A stretch of 64,000 nt of DNA, from contig JAWMAR010000003.1 of assembly GCA_036785375.1 (NCBI GenBank), forward strand, positions 17,360,001 to 17,424,000. The letters run 5' to 3'. Under the pieces are notes generated by a model. That model was not told where the DNA came from. It did not search any database and saw nothing but the letters and a program-made list of their open reading frames with translations. The DNA is from Leucoraja ocellata. Lineage: Eukaryota. How positions within the stretch are numbered: the first letter of the stretch is position 1; each line of letters begins with the position of its first letter. This document shows, piece after piece, positions 11,101 through 22,706 of the stretch. The translations under genes were made by a program, and so were the position numbers.

Positions 11101-12341
11101 AGCTGTAACTTTGGAGAAATAGCTGCAGGACGACAGGAGGAAGATTGTAAGTATTATTTTATCCAGAGCTTCTGCACTTGTTTCATCTATGTTCCAGTGC
11201 ATGAGCATGGAAACTCAAACAAAACATTTTCACTAACAGGATCTTTTAACTTTTGCCTTTTCTTATCCTATATGCATCAATATGGGAATTACAGAGCACA
11301 TGAATTATGTGACTACCAAGCAGGTGGTAAGAACCAAAATCAATCTTTCATTAAAACCAGCCAGACTCCTTGGAATATGGCCCATAACATGCAAGGCTGG
11401 TCAGCTAAAGCACTACAATTTTCAAAATAAATTAGTGATGTTCACACAGTCTGTCTCCAGTTTCAGAAGTAGGTTATAAATTACAGCTTGCAGTTATAAG
11501 ACACATTCACAGGAAGATTGTTTTCAGAACAAGAGTGGGGGGAGAAAACAAAAGATTGGCTAATGAGGTCCTCAAAGAACTTCTTGGTATAAAATTAAAC
11601 ACACAGAGAGCACGGGCTGAAGTCAGAGATCTGGCACCTCCATGTCGGGCCTTGAGCAACCAGAAGGAACAGAAGAGAGTTAAATGAGTGTGAACAGTAC
11701 ATTTCTATACTTGCCCCAAGGCAATTCTTCATAAAAGTTATGTTGAAGAAGAGAACCATGAACAGTGCATTATGTATTGCCTTCACCTCATAGACTTGTG
11801 ATGCTTCAATTGTATAATAGTCCCGTTGGAGACAGAGTTAATTACACAGGTTATATATTGGGGAACTCTAGGTAACACTTAATAGCACTGTCCTTTATAA
11901 TAAACAATGTTCCTCAGCACCAGGCATTCTAGAGGATAATAGTATTCCTTTCATCATTCCACTAGAATATAGACCACGGCGATAGTGTTAATATGCGGGG
12001 ATTTATGGTTGGCATGGACTCGGTGGGCCGAAGGGCATGTTTCCGCGCTGTATCTCTAAAACTAAAACTAAAACCACATCATGTTGTGAACAGCACAACC
12101 CTGAAGTTTGAAAGTTAATGTGAAAATATACTGAACAATTACCTAGAATGCTTGCATTTATATTTTAAAAAGATGATAAGAAAAATATAATATGGGTGAA
12201 GTCACAGATACTGTACCAAATACTGTGGCCAGGGCACAAAAACAAAATAAGGCTCTTTTATGCCAGTACTACTCCTCGCCCCATCTTTTAGTAGTTGACT
12301 TAGCTTGCCATTATTCCATGATCATTCTGCTTAAAGTGTCA

Positions 12342-12490
12342 GGTAGACAAAAATGCTGGAGAAACTCAGCGGGTGCAGCAGCATCTATGGAGCGAAGGAA
12401 ATAGGCAACGTTTTGGGCCGAAACCCTTCTTCAGCATTTCTCCAGCATTTTTGTCTACTTTTGATTTACCAGCATCTGCAGTTCCTTCTT
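12342..12490. mobile_element. Penelope pLTR-derived inverted mini-element
   Basis: GTAGACAAAAATGCTGGAGAAA ... TTTCTCCAGCATTTTTGTCTAC inverted arms, matching Penelope 3' end at 4891-5007. Confidence 0.75.
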
Positions 12491-13270
12491 AAATGCAAAG
12501 TGAATGAGCAGTTCTTTCATGGCTTCAGGAGCTGTTGGATTCTGAGCATAATGAGGAATAGATTGGTTGAATTTATAGTTAGGGACAGGGAGAAATTTGC
12601 AGATAAAACTGAAACACAACTGGAGTAATCTGATCCATCCAAGAGAATTATGAAACGGGGTTGAGAGGGACAATAACAGGTGCAATTAACAAACTCAATG
12701 CTTGAAATACTAGGCAATATAAGATCTTGCTGAGATTCTTTATTCTCGGAGAATTAGTTTTGACCTTGTACAGAAAGGAAATAGTAGTGTTGCTACGTGA
12801 ATTAAATCTTCCGAGGCTTCCCTCCAACAACCTGTGAAATGAAGGCTCCGGATGGTGAACATTCATCCTTTAATGTAAAATGGCAAACAGCTTGCATGAG
12901 CTGGAAAATTAGAACAGAGCTGAGAAATTGCCTTTTGGGAGCTGCAGCATATAATGTAACACTCTGAAAATGTCCAGCTCGGAGATGAAGTGTTGAAAGC
13001 TTCTCCATAACTCTGTACATACTGCCAAGAAAATATACTTTTGTGAATGCGCATGCATGCGTGTGTACGAATGCATGTGTTTGTGAATTTCGCTGAAAAC
13101 ATTACTCCAATTAACAATTGAGCCGGATCTACCTGCTCATTCATAACTTGCTTATTTGAATGGTTGTAGTGGCGCCTGCTGGCATACACAGAGATCGAAT
13201 CCGGCGTTCGGAAGCCGGGGCCATGTGACTCGGGAGGGGCAGCTTGTTTCGCGCGGTTTTTACATGCGCG

Positions 13271-14931
13271 TCAAAGGTCTACAGGAGTGTATCGGGATGG
13301 TTAACTTCTACCACCGATTTGTCCCATCAGCAGCCGCCATCGTGCGGCCATTGTTTCAATGCCTGGCCGGTAAGCCCAAAGACCTGGTCTGGTCTAAGGA
13401 GGCACAGAAGGCATTCGGGGGGGCTAAAACCGCGTTGGCCAACGCAACTATGATGGGCGTCAGCCCAAACGGCCCTCACCGTAGACGCTTCCAACGTCGC
13501 GATAGGCGCCGTCCTCAAGCAGCATACAGGTAGTTGCTGGATGCCGCTGCCATTTTTCAGCAGGCAGCTGCGAGCCCCCGAAGTTAAGTATAGTGCTTTC
13601 GACCGGGAGCTCCTCGCACTTTTCCTAGCGATCCGCCATTTTCGCTATTTCCTGGAAGGGCGCGCTTTCACTGCATTTACAGATCTCAAGCCACTAACGC
13701 TCGCTTTAACCAAGGTGTCTGAACCCTGGTCTGCCAGACAGCAATGGCACATCGCCTACATTTCCGAATTCACGTCCGATATTCGGCATGTGGCAGGGAA
13801 GCTGAACATTGTGGCTGCCCAAAGTCTCGGCTCTTAGCCTAGGCATTGATTATGAGGAGCTGGTCGCTGCCAAACAGGCAGATGCCGGTATGGAGGTTTA
13901 CCGCAATGCTGAATCAGGGCTCAAGCTGGTTAAGGTGCCCTGTGGCACCGTCGACATGCAAGTCCTTTGCGATATCTCAAAGTCCCATTGTCCTAGTCGC
14001 TTGGTGGCGTCGGATTTTTGACACTACCCACAGCCTAGCGCACCCGTCCATTCACGCCACCTCTACCTTGGTCGCGGTGAAGTTCGTCTGGCACGGGTTA
14101 AGGAAGCAGGTCGCAGCATGGGCTCATTCTTGCATCTCATGCCAGACCTCCAAAGTGCAGAGACATGTGCACCCGCCGGTCCAGGATTTTGCAGTTCCGG
14201 ACGGCACATTCCTGCACATCGATGTTGACCTGATAGGTCCCTTGCCGTGTTCGCATGGGGCCACTCACTTACTGACCATCGTGAACAGGTTTACCAGGTG
14301 GGGGAGGCAATGCCGTTAACGGATACCTCCGCTGAGACATGCACGAGGGCCATTGTCTCCAATTGGATCGCTCGTTTCAGGGTCCCCTCAGATATCACTA
14401 CCGATCATGGGGCCTAGTTCACGTCCTCCCTGTGGTGCGGTATGGCACAGCTGTATGGAGCGAAGCTGCATCAGACCACCGCTTATCACCCAGAGTCCAA
14501 CGGGTTGGTTGAGCATTTCCACAGGCACCTCAAGTCGACGTTGAAAGATTGACTCACCGGCCCAGATTGGGTCGACCAGTTACCTTGGGTCCTCCTTGGC
14601 ATCAAAACAACGCCAAAGGAGGACCTCAAAGCCTCCTCGGCTGAGTTGGTTTATGGCTTGGTTTTGCGAGTTCCCAGGGATTTCTTGCCTGTCCCCAGGA
14701 CCAAGAGGTTAGCGGACCTTCATGAGCGGGCGCGCGCTTTGGTCTTGGATCCCACTTCCCGGTATGGTTCGTCTGGTGCATGTGCCTACCGGGTTACGGG
14801 ATTGTGCTTATGTTTTTCTCCATAGAGATGCTCATCGCTCGCCATTACAGCGGGTGTACGAGGGTCCGTACAGAGTGTTCAGTACTGGTGTCTCGACGTT
14901 CATGTTGGACATGGGTGGCAAGGAGGAGTTC
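13271..14931 (+). pseudogene. Gypsy pol remnant (end of RT, RNase H, integrase, GPY/F)
   Basis: Frameshifted ORFs 13156-13533, 13541-13837, 13846-14319, 14722-14943; continues FVSVSRLMPAH after 15801. Confidence 0.85.
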
Positions 14932-15800
14932 ATAAAAACATAGAAACATAGAAATTAGGTGCAGGAGTAGGCCATTCGGCCCTTCGAGCCTGCACCGCCA
15001 TTCAATATGATCATGGCTGATCATCCAACTCGGTATCCTGTACCTGCCTTCTCTCCATACCCCCTGATCCCTTTAGCCACAAGGGCCACATCTAACTCCC
15101 TCTTAAATATAGCCAATGAACAGGCCTCAACTATCTTCTGTGGCAGAGAATTCCAGAGATTCACCACTCTCTGTGTGAAAAATGTTTTTCTCATCTCGGT
15201 CCTAAAAGATTTCCCTCTTATCCTTAAACTGTGACCCCTTGTTCTGGACTTCCCCAACATCGGGAACAATCTTCCTGCATCCAGCCTATCCAACCCTTTA
15301 AGAATTTTTTAAGTTTCTATAAGATCCCCCCTCAATCTTCTAAATTCTAGCGAGTACAAGCCGAGTCTATCCAGTCTTTCTTCATATGAAAGTCCTGACA
15401 TCCCAGGAATCAGTATGGTGAACCTTCTTTGTACTCCCTCTATGGCAAGAATGTCTTTTCTCAGATTAGGAGACCAAAACTGTACGCAATACTCCGGGTG
15501 TGGTCTCACCAAGACCCTGTACAACTGCAGTAGAACTTCCCTGCTCCTATACTCAAATCCTTTTGCTATGAATGCTAACGTACCATTCGCTTTCTTCACT
15601 GCCTGCTGCACCTGCATGCCTACTTTCAATGACTGGTGTACCATGACACCCAGGTCTCGTTGCATCTCCCCTTTTCCTAATCGGCCACCATTCAGATAAT
15701 TGTCTACTTTCCTGTTTTTGCCACCAAAGTGACCAACCTCACATTTATACACATTATACTGCATCTGCCATGCATTTGCCCACTCACCCAGCCTATCCAT
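14932..15800 (-). mobile_element. 5'-truncated CR1 LINE nested in Gypsy integrase
   Basis: RT C-terminus LVRPHPEYCVQFWSP and FFTQRVVNLWNSLP; (CATAGAAA)n tail; GTTC duplicated at 14928 and 15801. Confidence 0.92.
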
Positions 15801-16112
15801 GTTCGTCTCTGTGAGCCGCCTTATGCCAGCACACGTCGACGAGGATAGCCCAGTGACAGTGGCTACTCCGCGGTGTAGAGGACGTCCACCAGCCGTTTTA
15901 CCGCCATCTGCGCCTGTTACCCCCAATCATGTTTCACCGGTCCCCTTTGTTACGCCCGTCCCTCGTTCGTGTTTTTCACGCCCCTCCGGTCCTGCTCTGC
16001 CGGTCCCTACTGTTTTGCTCGCCCCGCAACCTCGGACTAAGCGTTCTGGTCGAACCGTGCTTTTTCCCGTGCGTTTCCGTACCGCGGGTTCTGGGGGGGG
16101 GGGGGGTGGGCA

Positions 16113-16335
16113 TGTAGCAGCATCTGCTGGCATACGCAGAGATTGAACCCGGCGTTCGGAAGCTGCGGTCACATGACTCGGGAGGGGCTGCTTGTTTTGC
16201 GTGGTTTACTTGCGCGCGTTAGTTCAGTGCTGACCACAGTTGTGGGCAGACGTGTCTGAAGACCCTGTATACTGGAAATCGAACTTTTGAATAAAGATCT
16301 GTTGGAAACACCAGTTGTTGTTCTTCAGACTGCCA
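16113..16335 (+). repeat. Gypsy 3' LTR
   Basis: Direct repeat of 13165-13270; AATAAA near 16290; ends CA. Confidence 0.85.
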
Positions 16336-16494
16336 AATGGTTATGTTAAATGGTTCAATGTTTCAAAGGTGCTTTATAATCACATGTATCAAGGTACAAT
16401 GAAATTATTTTTCTGCACAAAGTACAGAATGTATAGAACAGCCTATTGAGTCTGGATGCAACAGTTACCAGGTTTTGGCACCATTTTCAACGAT

Positions 16495-18105
16495 CCCTCA
16501 TAATTTTAAAGACCTCTGTCAAGTCCTCCCTTAACCTTCTGTGCTCCAAAGAATAAATACCTATCTTGTTCAATCTTCCTCTGTAACTTAGGTGCTGAAA
16601 CCCAGGCAACATTCTAGTAAATCTCCTCTGTACTCTATTTTGTTAACATCTTTCCTATAATTTGGCGACCAAAATTGTACACCATATTCCAGAATTGGCC
16701 TGACCAATGCCCTGTACAATTTTAACATTACATCCTAACTTCTATTCAATTCAATTCAACTTTATTGTCATTGCACGGATACAAGTATGGGTACAACGAA
16801 ATGCAGTTTAGCGTCAGTCCGTAGTAATAGTGCAATATAGAAATAAAAATACAGAATATGCAAACAATGTGGACGGAGAGACTGGAGAAATCTATCGGCG
16901 GGACTCCGAGTTCAGCAATGTGATAGTGTTGTTGTAGAAGCTGTTCCTCATCCTACTAGTACGAGACCTGAGGCTCCTGTACCGCCTCCCTGATGGGAGG
17001 AGGGCAAACAGTCTATGGTTGGGGTGTGAGGGGTCTTTGATGATCTTCCCGGCCCGTCTCAGACACCGTTTTCGGTGTAGGGCATCCATGGCAGGGAGCG
17101 GGGCACCGATGATGTGCTGCGCGGTTTTCACCACCCGTTGTAGTGCTTTCCTGTCCGCAGCAGTGCAGCTGCTGTACCATACCATGAAGCAGGTGGTCAG
17201 GATGCTTTCGATCGTACAGCGGTAAAAGTTGGTCTGGATCTGGGGGGACAGGTGAGCTTTCTTGAGCCTCCTCAGGAAGTAAAGGCGCTGCTGCGCCTAT
17301 TTGATCAGCTTGGAGGTGTTGAGGGACCAGGACAGATCCTCCGAGATGTGTACCCCGAGGAATTTGTAGTTGGAGACGCGCTCCACCTCAGTCCCGTTTA
17401 TATGGATGGGGGTTTGTCTGCCCCCTCTGTTCTTCCTGAAGTCAACAATAATTTCCTTTGACTTCTTGGAGTTGAGGACGAGGTTATTGTTGGCACACCA
17501 GGTTGTCAGGTGCTGGACCTCCTCCCTGTAGGCTGACTTGCCGTTGTACTCAATGCTCTGATTTATAAAGGCCAGCACACCAAAAGCTTTCTTTACCACC
17601 CTATCTACATGAGATTCCACCTTCAGGGAACTATTCACAGTTATTCCTAGATCCCTCTGTTCAACTGCATTCCTCAATGTGCTACCATTTACCATGTACC
17701 TCCATTTACCATGTACCTCCTATATTGATTAGTCCTGCCCAGATGCAGCACCTCACACTTATCAGCATTAAACTCCATCTGCCATCTTTCAGCCCACTCT
17801 TCCAAATGGCCTAAATCTCTCTGTAGACTTTGAAAACCTACTTTATTATCCACAACACCACCTATCTTAGTATCATCTGCATACTTACTAATCCAATTTA
17901 CCACAAAATCATCCAGATCATTGATGTATATGACAAACAACAGTGGACCCAACACAGATCCCTGAGGCATCCCACTAGTCACCGGCCTCCAACCTGACAA
18001 ACAGTTATCCACCATTACTCTCTGGTATCTCCCATTCAGCCACTGGTGAATCCATCTTGCTACTCCACTATTAATACCTAACAATTGAACCTTCTTAACC
18101 AACAT
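16495..18105 (-). mobile_element. CR1 RT fragment interrupted by Rex1 insertion
   Basis: MPQGSVLGPLLFVIYINDLD, KYADDTKIG; resumes at 16495-16743. Confidence 0.88.
16744..17546 (-). mobile_element. Rex1/Babar 5'-truncated copy nested in CR1
   Basis: SAYREEVQHLTTWCANNNL, KFLGVHISEDLSW, LLPSGRRYRSLRSRTSR; tail ATGACAATAAAG(TTGAA)n. Confidence 0.9.
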
Positions 18106-18121
18106 TCTTGACCAACCAGTT

Positions 18122-18242
18122 GAACTGTAATTGTGTTTTGTTAAAATAAAGATTAGTTGTTCAAGTGCTTGATTCAGTGTTTTTAATTTGTTTTAAAAGT
18201 CAGAAATTAGACTGGGGAGAAGCTTAGAATGAGCAATTTACA
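18122..18242 (+). mobile_element. ERV LTR R/U5 fragment
   Basis: AAAATAAAG...GTGCTTGATTCAGT...AGACTGGGGAGAAGCTTAGAATGAGCAATTTACA matches the reverse complement of 54750-54855. Confidence 0.75.
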
Positions 18243-18244
18243 TT

Positions 18245-18712
18245 AGGGGGTCCACCTATGACCACACAAACGCCAACCTACGTCCACTCGCGACAAGCTA
18301 CGACAAGGTAAGACAATTCATTCGCCGGTACCTGTCACTGGTTGACGTAGTTAGTCGCCAATGGAATTCACCGAAGTCAGCACCGGGGACAACCTACATC
18401 ATCCTAGCGACAACCTACGACAGCACCTACGTCAGGAGAAGTCAAGCTACGACAAACCCACGGTCGCCGACTGTCGCGGAAATGTTTTGACAATGCATTT
18501 CGTTGTCTCTGTACTGTACACTGACAATGACAATTAAAATTGAATCTGAATCTGAATCTGAAAACATTTCCAGAACGACCAGAAAAACGTTACGATTCTT
18601 TGGGTGACTGAGGGACTATTCATGACCATGCAGGCAACACCCCGGCAACCATGCAGGCAACAGCCTAGTCGCCTGTAGTCGCCTAAAAATTTGCCTACAT
18701 CAGACAGGGGCA
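18245..18712. mobile_element. Harbinger-like MITE with small Rex-type tail insertion (18493-18560)
   Basis: (CTACGAC)-type repeats, GACAGGGGCA|TAA end; inserted ATTTCGTT...ATGACAATTAAA(TGAATC)n. Confidence 0.55.
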
Positions 18713-19124
18713 TAAGACATGGAAATATAAACCCTTGAAACTTCAACCTCTGATTTCCAGTTTGCAAAGAGCCTGTATTAATTCTCCAATAAGCTAGGCA
18801 CAGGCTATGATCTTTGAGGAAAAAACACAAAGGAATACCTAATGTCTGAAAACTGTCTTAAATATCTGAAGCCAGCACACTCCATTTCTATACAGCTAAC
18901 CTGCTCCACCACTTCCATTTGAATTTCGGTCCCAGTTTTCTGTGATTTATGAATGTGGCTTGGATTATTGCTTCCTGCAATATACTCCAGTGAACACTGT
19001 AAGCTCTCTAAGCAAATTCTATAGCTGACTGGTTTTGGAAAGATCCATTCATGGACATTTAAAATATGGTTCCCTAAATCAGATAACGTACTGAGTGAAT
19101 GAAGGAAAGGGCTGGCATTTCCCC

Positions 19125-19350
19125 ATCTCTGTGCACACTAGGGACAATTTACAATTATGCCATGCCAATTAACCCACACACGTGTACGTCTTTGGAATAT
19201 GGGGGGAATCGGAGCTCCCAGAGAAAACCCACGCAGGTCAGGGGAAGAAAGTACAAACTCTGTATAGACAAGGCACCTGTAGTCAGGATCGAACTCGGGT
19301 ATCTGGCGCTGAAAGACAGCAACTCTACCACTGGGCCACCGTGCCGCCCT
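19125..19350 (-). mobile_element. tRNA-derived V-SINE (HE1-like)
   Basis: Reverse strand GGGCGGCACGGTGGCCCAGTGG (A box), GAGTTCGATCC (B box), TGCGTGGGTTTTCTC...CCAAAGACGT central domain. Confidence 0.85.
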
Positions 19351-19699
19351 TACGTGAAGCTTGGCTGTTCATTGCAGCTCTGTGTTAACATTCCCACATT
19401 ATGAAAAGTGGATTATTTTCAAATTGTACATAATATGAAAAACATCATGTTTTTCACTGCGAGGCAATTTGCAAGTGCAGTGAGACAGCATTTTGAAAAG
19501 CAAAGTTAGATCAAAAACAAAATTATGCTGTATCTTCGCCTTTCCATGCCATTGTAAAGCCTTCTTTAAAAAAATTATATCCCACAACTATGCTTTCACG
19601 CCCTAATATCCATTACTTTTGGAAAATGACTTATTTTAGAATAATTTTGGAAAAAAATATTTTGGAAAAACAAGGTACCTGTAGTAGAACTAATTGAAT

Positions 19700-19944
19700 G
19701 TGTAGAAAGAAACTGCAAATGCTGGTTTATATTGAAGATAGACACAAAGTGCAGGAGTAACTCAGCGGGTCAGGCAGCATCTCCAGAGAAAAAAGAATGG
19801 TGTCGTTTCGGGCCGGGACCCTTCCTCAGACGCATGTCTGAATTCAGGTCTGAAGAAAGGTCTCGACCCAAACCGTCACCCATCGTTTCTCTCCAGAGAA
19901 GCTGCCTGACCTGCTGAGATACTCCAGCACTATTGTGTCTATCT
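19700..19944. mobile_element. Palindromic Penelope pLTR-derived mini-element
   Basis: About 96-bp inverted arms 19736-19831 and 19848-19944, each with a CTGAnGA...GAAAC-like core. Confidence 0.8.
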
Positions 19945-20707
19945 GGAACTAATTGAAGATCTTTCCCAAGTAATATACAAGACACAGTAGACTATTTGGC
20001 CTCCATATGGTCCTTTGATTCTCTCAAGATGTTGCAAGACCCTCAAGATATTACAACTGTTTACTACCACTAAACATCTGAGCTCCATGTTTCTCTATCC
20101 TGTAAAACTCTCCAACAGTTTTTTTTAATACAAAAAAGCTTTAAATTATTTGTTTTGTTCCTTTGCGGTGTAAATCAAAGTTGGTATTTTTTTTAATTTG
20201 TACACACATCTCAGTTTGGGGTTTCCTCATTGCAGTTCAGTACATTAACTCAATTTAATGTCTGGAATGGAATAGCTAATAAAATTAATTTGACAGTGAT
20301 CTGCAATACAAACAATTTTTAATGATCTTGTTTGTTTGTATTTAAAGTTTAACTTTCCCAAAATAATGTTGGGAATGATTGTATGCTGTTTGATGTGGGT
20401 TCAGTGGTGAGGTCTCAGAGGATGCTCTGCTGTCCTACTGCTTACTTTTAACAACACCAACTTCTACTTTTATAACTTTTTCCTCGGATGCACTTTCAAC
20501 ACTGAGGTAATAGTCATGGATTCTAATCCTATGATCTCCTAGGTTTCCTCAAGGTTCTTTCCCAGCACACTGGCAAACTGGGGTCAATCAGTCCAGACAC
20601 CAGGGCTAAAGCAATGGTAGGATTGTTCTCGATTCACTTCTTTTGTGTATCTCACTTATCATGGTGTTCACTCCATAATCCCCCAAGGCAACAGCTATTA
20701 TTAATCA

Positions 20708-20845
20708 AAAGGACACAAAGTGCTGGAGTAACTCAGCGGGTCAGACAGCATCTCTGGCAAACATGGATATGTGACGATTCTGGTCGAGACTCTTCTTCAG
20801 ACTCTGCATGCTTTTGTATATTAACCAGCACCCGCAGTTCTTTGT
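20708..20845. mobile_element. Penelope pLTR-derived mini-element
   Basis: ACACAAAGTGCTGGAGTAACTCAGCGGGTCAG...CTTCTTCAGAC. Confidence 0.7.
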
Positions 20846-21139
20846 TTCACCATTGTTAGTCGACACAGTAATTAATGACAAGTTGCAATCCAAATGTAAT
20901 CTATTTTGAAAACATTCTATATTTCCTGTGAATTCTTTAGTAATTGTAATTATATAATGAATGCAACATCTCCTGTATGTCCGACTGGACAATGACAGGC
21001 AGTTTAACTTGGGACATGGACTAACAAAGCTTTGCTACTTCTATCAATTGCAATTTTAATGGTTCAAATGGTCAAAGGGCATGGAATATGCAGCATTATG
21101 GATATTTCACTTGATGTTAATCCATACAGTAGATCTGGA

Positions 21140-21375
21140 TGAATGATCTGGGCATCTGAGTTCAGATGCAACCAAGACAGCTGGATAATTTAAATTCAGC
21201 TAATTAAAAGTAAAGCTTAACCCAAAATCATAAAAACCCATGAATCTGCCAGATTGTCATAATATCCCATCTGTTTCCCTTTTGGCAAAGGAATCTGCAG
21301 TCTGTACCCAGTCTGATCAATGTCTAAGTCCAGACCCACAACCACATGGTTTGCTTTCATTGTTCCCTGAATGAT
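21140..21375 (+). mobile_element. Ancient SINE-like repeat (possibly SacSINE1/Deu-type)
   Basis: GGAATCTGCAGTC...CCAGTCTG...TCCAGACCCACAAC resembles my recollection of an old shark SINE; heavily diverged; related piece on minus strand near 51090-51290. Confidence 0.35.
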
Positions 21376-21600
21376 TGGGCATTACACAATACCACTGTTG
21401 TGTATCAGGTCCAGTTAATTACTTTTGTAAAAATATGGAAACTAAAGTAATTGCTGCAGAAAAAGAGATTGTTTGCAATGTGGCTTCCCTCTCTGAAAAA
21501 GAATAATATTAAATAAAAGGATGTTAAAAAAAATGAAGCACCGGTTGCAGAAAATGGTTTAGAAAATCATTTGTCTGTACCCTCCACGGATGCTGTCCAT

Positions 21601-21638
21601 TGGGTCTGAAGAAGGGTCTCAGCCCGAAATGTCACCCA
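21601..21638 (+). ncRNA. Minimal type I hammerhead-ribozyme-like motif in Penelope pLTR fragment (21601-21715)
   Basis: TGGGT-CTGAAGA-A-GGGT(CTCA)GCCC-GAAA-T-GTC-ACCCA: stem I, core, stem II, GUC triplet; stem III essentially absent. Confidence 0.55.
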
Positions 21639-22706
21639 TACCTTCTCTCCAGAGATGATGCCTGTCCCACTGAGTTACTCCAGCATTTTGTCTCTATCTT
21701 TGATTTAACATCCAGCTTTACTGATACGAGTCTACCTCTACAACATGCAGAATGAGGAACTGTATCAATCCCTTCAAGCAAAGGGTTTGTAATTGCAACA
21801 ATGGGGCAGCACATGGGACGCTCGGCATGTTTATATTCCATCCAACAAAAGGAAAATCAGTTCAGGGAAATTTCAATGAAGGACTGGAAAGGAAACATTC
21901 CACTGAGCAACTGCAAAGTAATTGATGCATGAAGATTAGCAGTGTAGAAGAAGAGTCTGCTGTTGTGTCTGATCAACCTGCATTTGAAAACGCACCATTG
22001 TCCATTTAGTTATGAGAAAGTGGATAATAAGGCTGAGAAGGTAAGTGGGTCACCATGAATATTGGTGAGAAGGAAGCAGTGACTATTATATGGAAATTCA
22101 ATGCTTCAGCAGAAGTTTCTGCCTCTGTTGCGGAATATATCAACTCCCATTTCACCAAGCTTTCCCAGGAATCTAAATCACTTTTGGGCCCCATTACATT
22201 GCGTTTTGTTAATTAATTTACAAGAGGTAGTTAGTCAGCCAGGTATTGACTAATCCGAACAATTGCAGATGAATAGTACTCTGTTCATGGAGCAAGTGAC
22301 ATCTTGAGGCACCTACATTGGACTCCTCAGTCCTCTCATGAAGGCATGGCTGCTCCTGCAGAGATCTTGAGGTACAGTTAAAACATCTCTCTTGGACACT
22401 TCAAAGTAAATGGTGGGGTTTCAGGCAGAACACATGCAACATAGCAGATTAAGAACCCAGTAGATCTGTCACATCTGTGCTGATTCTTTGCTGGGGAAAT
22501 CTAAAGAGCCAACTTCCTCTCTCTAACAGGGATTCACATGGCTGCTAACTGGCGAGGATGAGCAAATTGACAGAAGAATGAGCCACAATAACAATTGAGC
22601 AACAATGATCAGTCAACCATCTGTTTTAACAATGTCAAAACCAATCCTATGTTTGTCCTCAATCAAGTGACAGTAGGCATACTAAATTACATTTGTTCAT
22701 CTTAAT

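Larger units (their letters stand above)
13165..16335 (+). mobile_element. Ty3/Gypsy LTR retrotransposon, internally deleted, with nested CR1
   Basis: 5' LTR part 13165-13270 and 3' LTR 16113-16335 (TGTAG...CA), G-run PPT before 16113, flanking AATGGT duplication; RNase H YSAFDRELLA and FTAFTDLKPL; integrase HIDVDLIGPLP and TTAYHPESNG; YEGPY. Confidence 0.92.

Noticed and set aside
11101-11152. Donor-like GATT|GTAAGT and 115-aa ORF 11083-11430
   Set aside because: No acceptor (upstream is Rex1 sequence) and no recognisable peptide
22010-22046. Possible 31-nt micro-exon (TTTAG|...AAG|GTAAGT; YEKVDNKAEK)
   Set aside because: Good donor but too short to distinguish from chance; no partner exons identified
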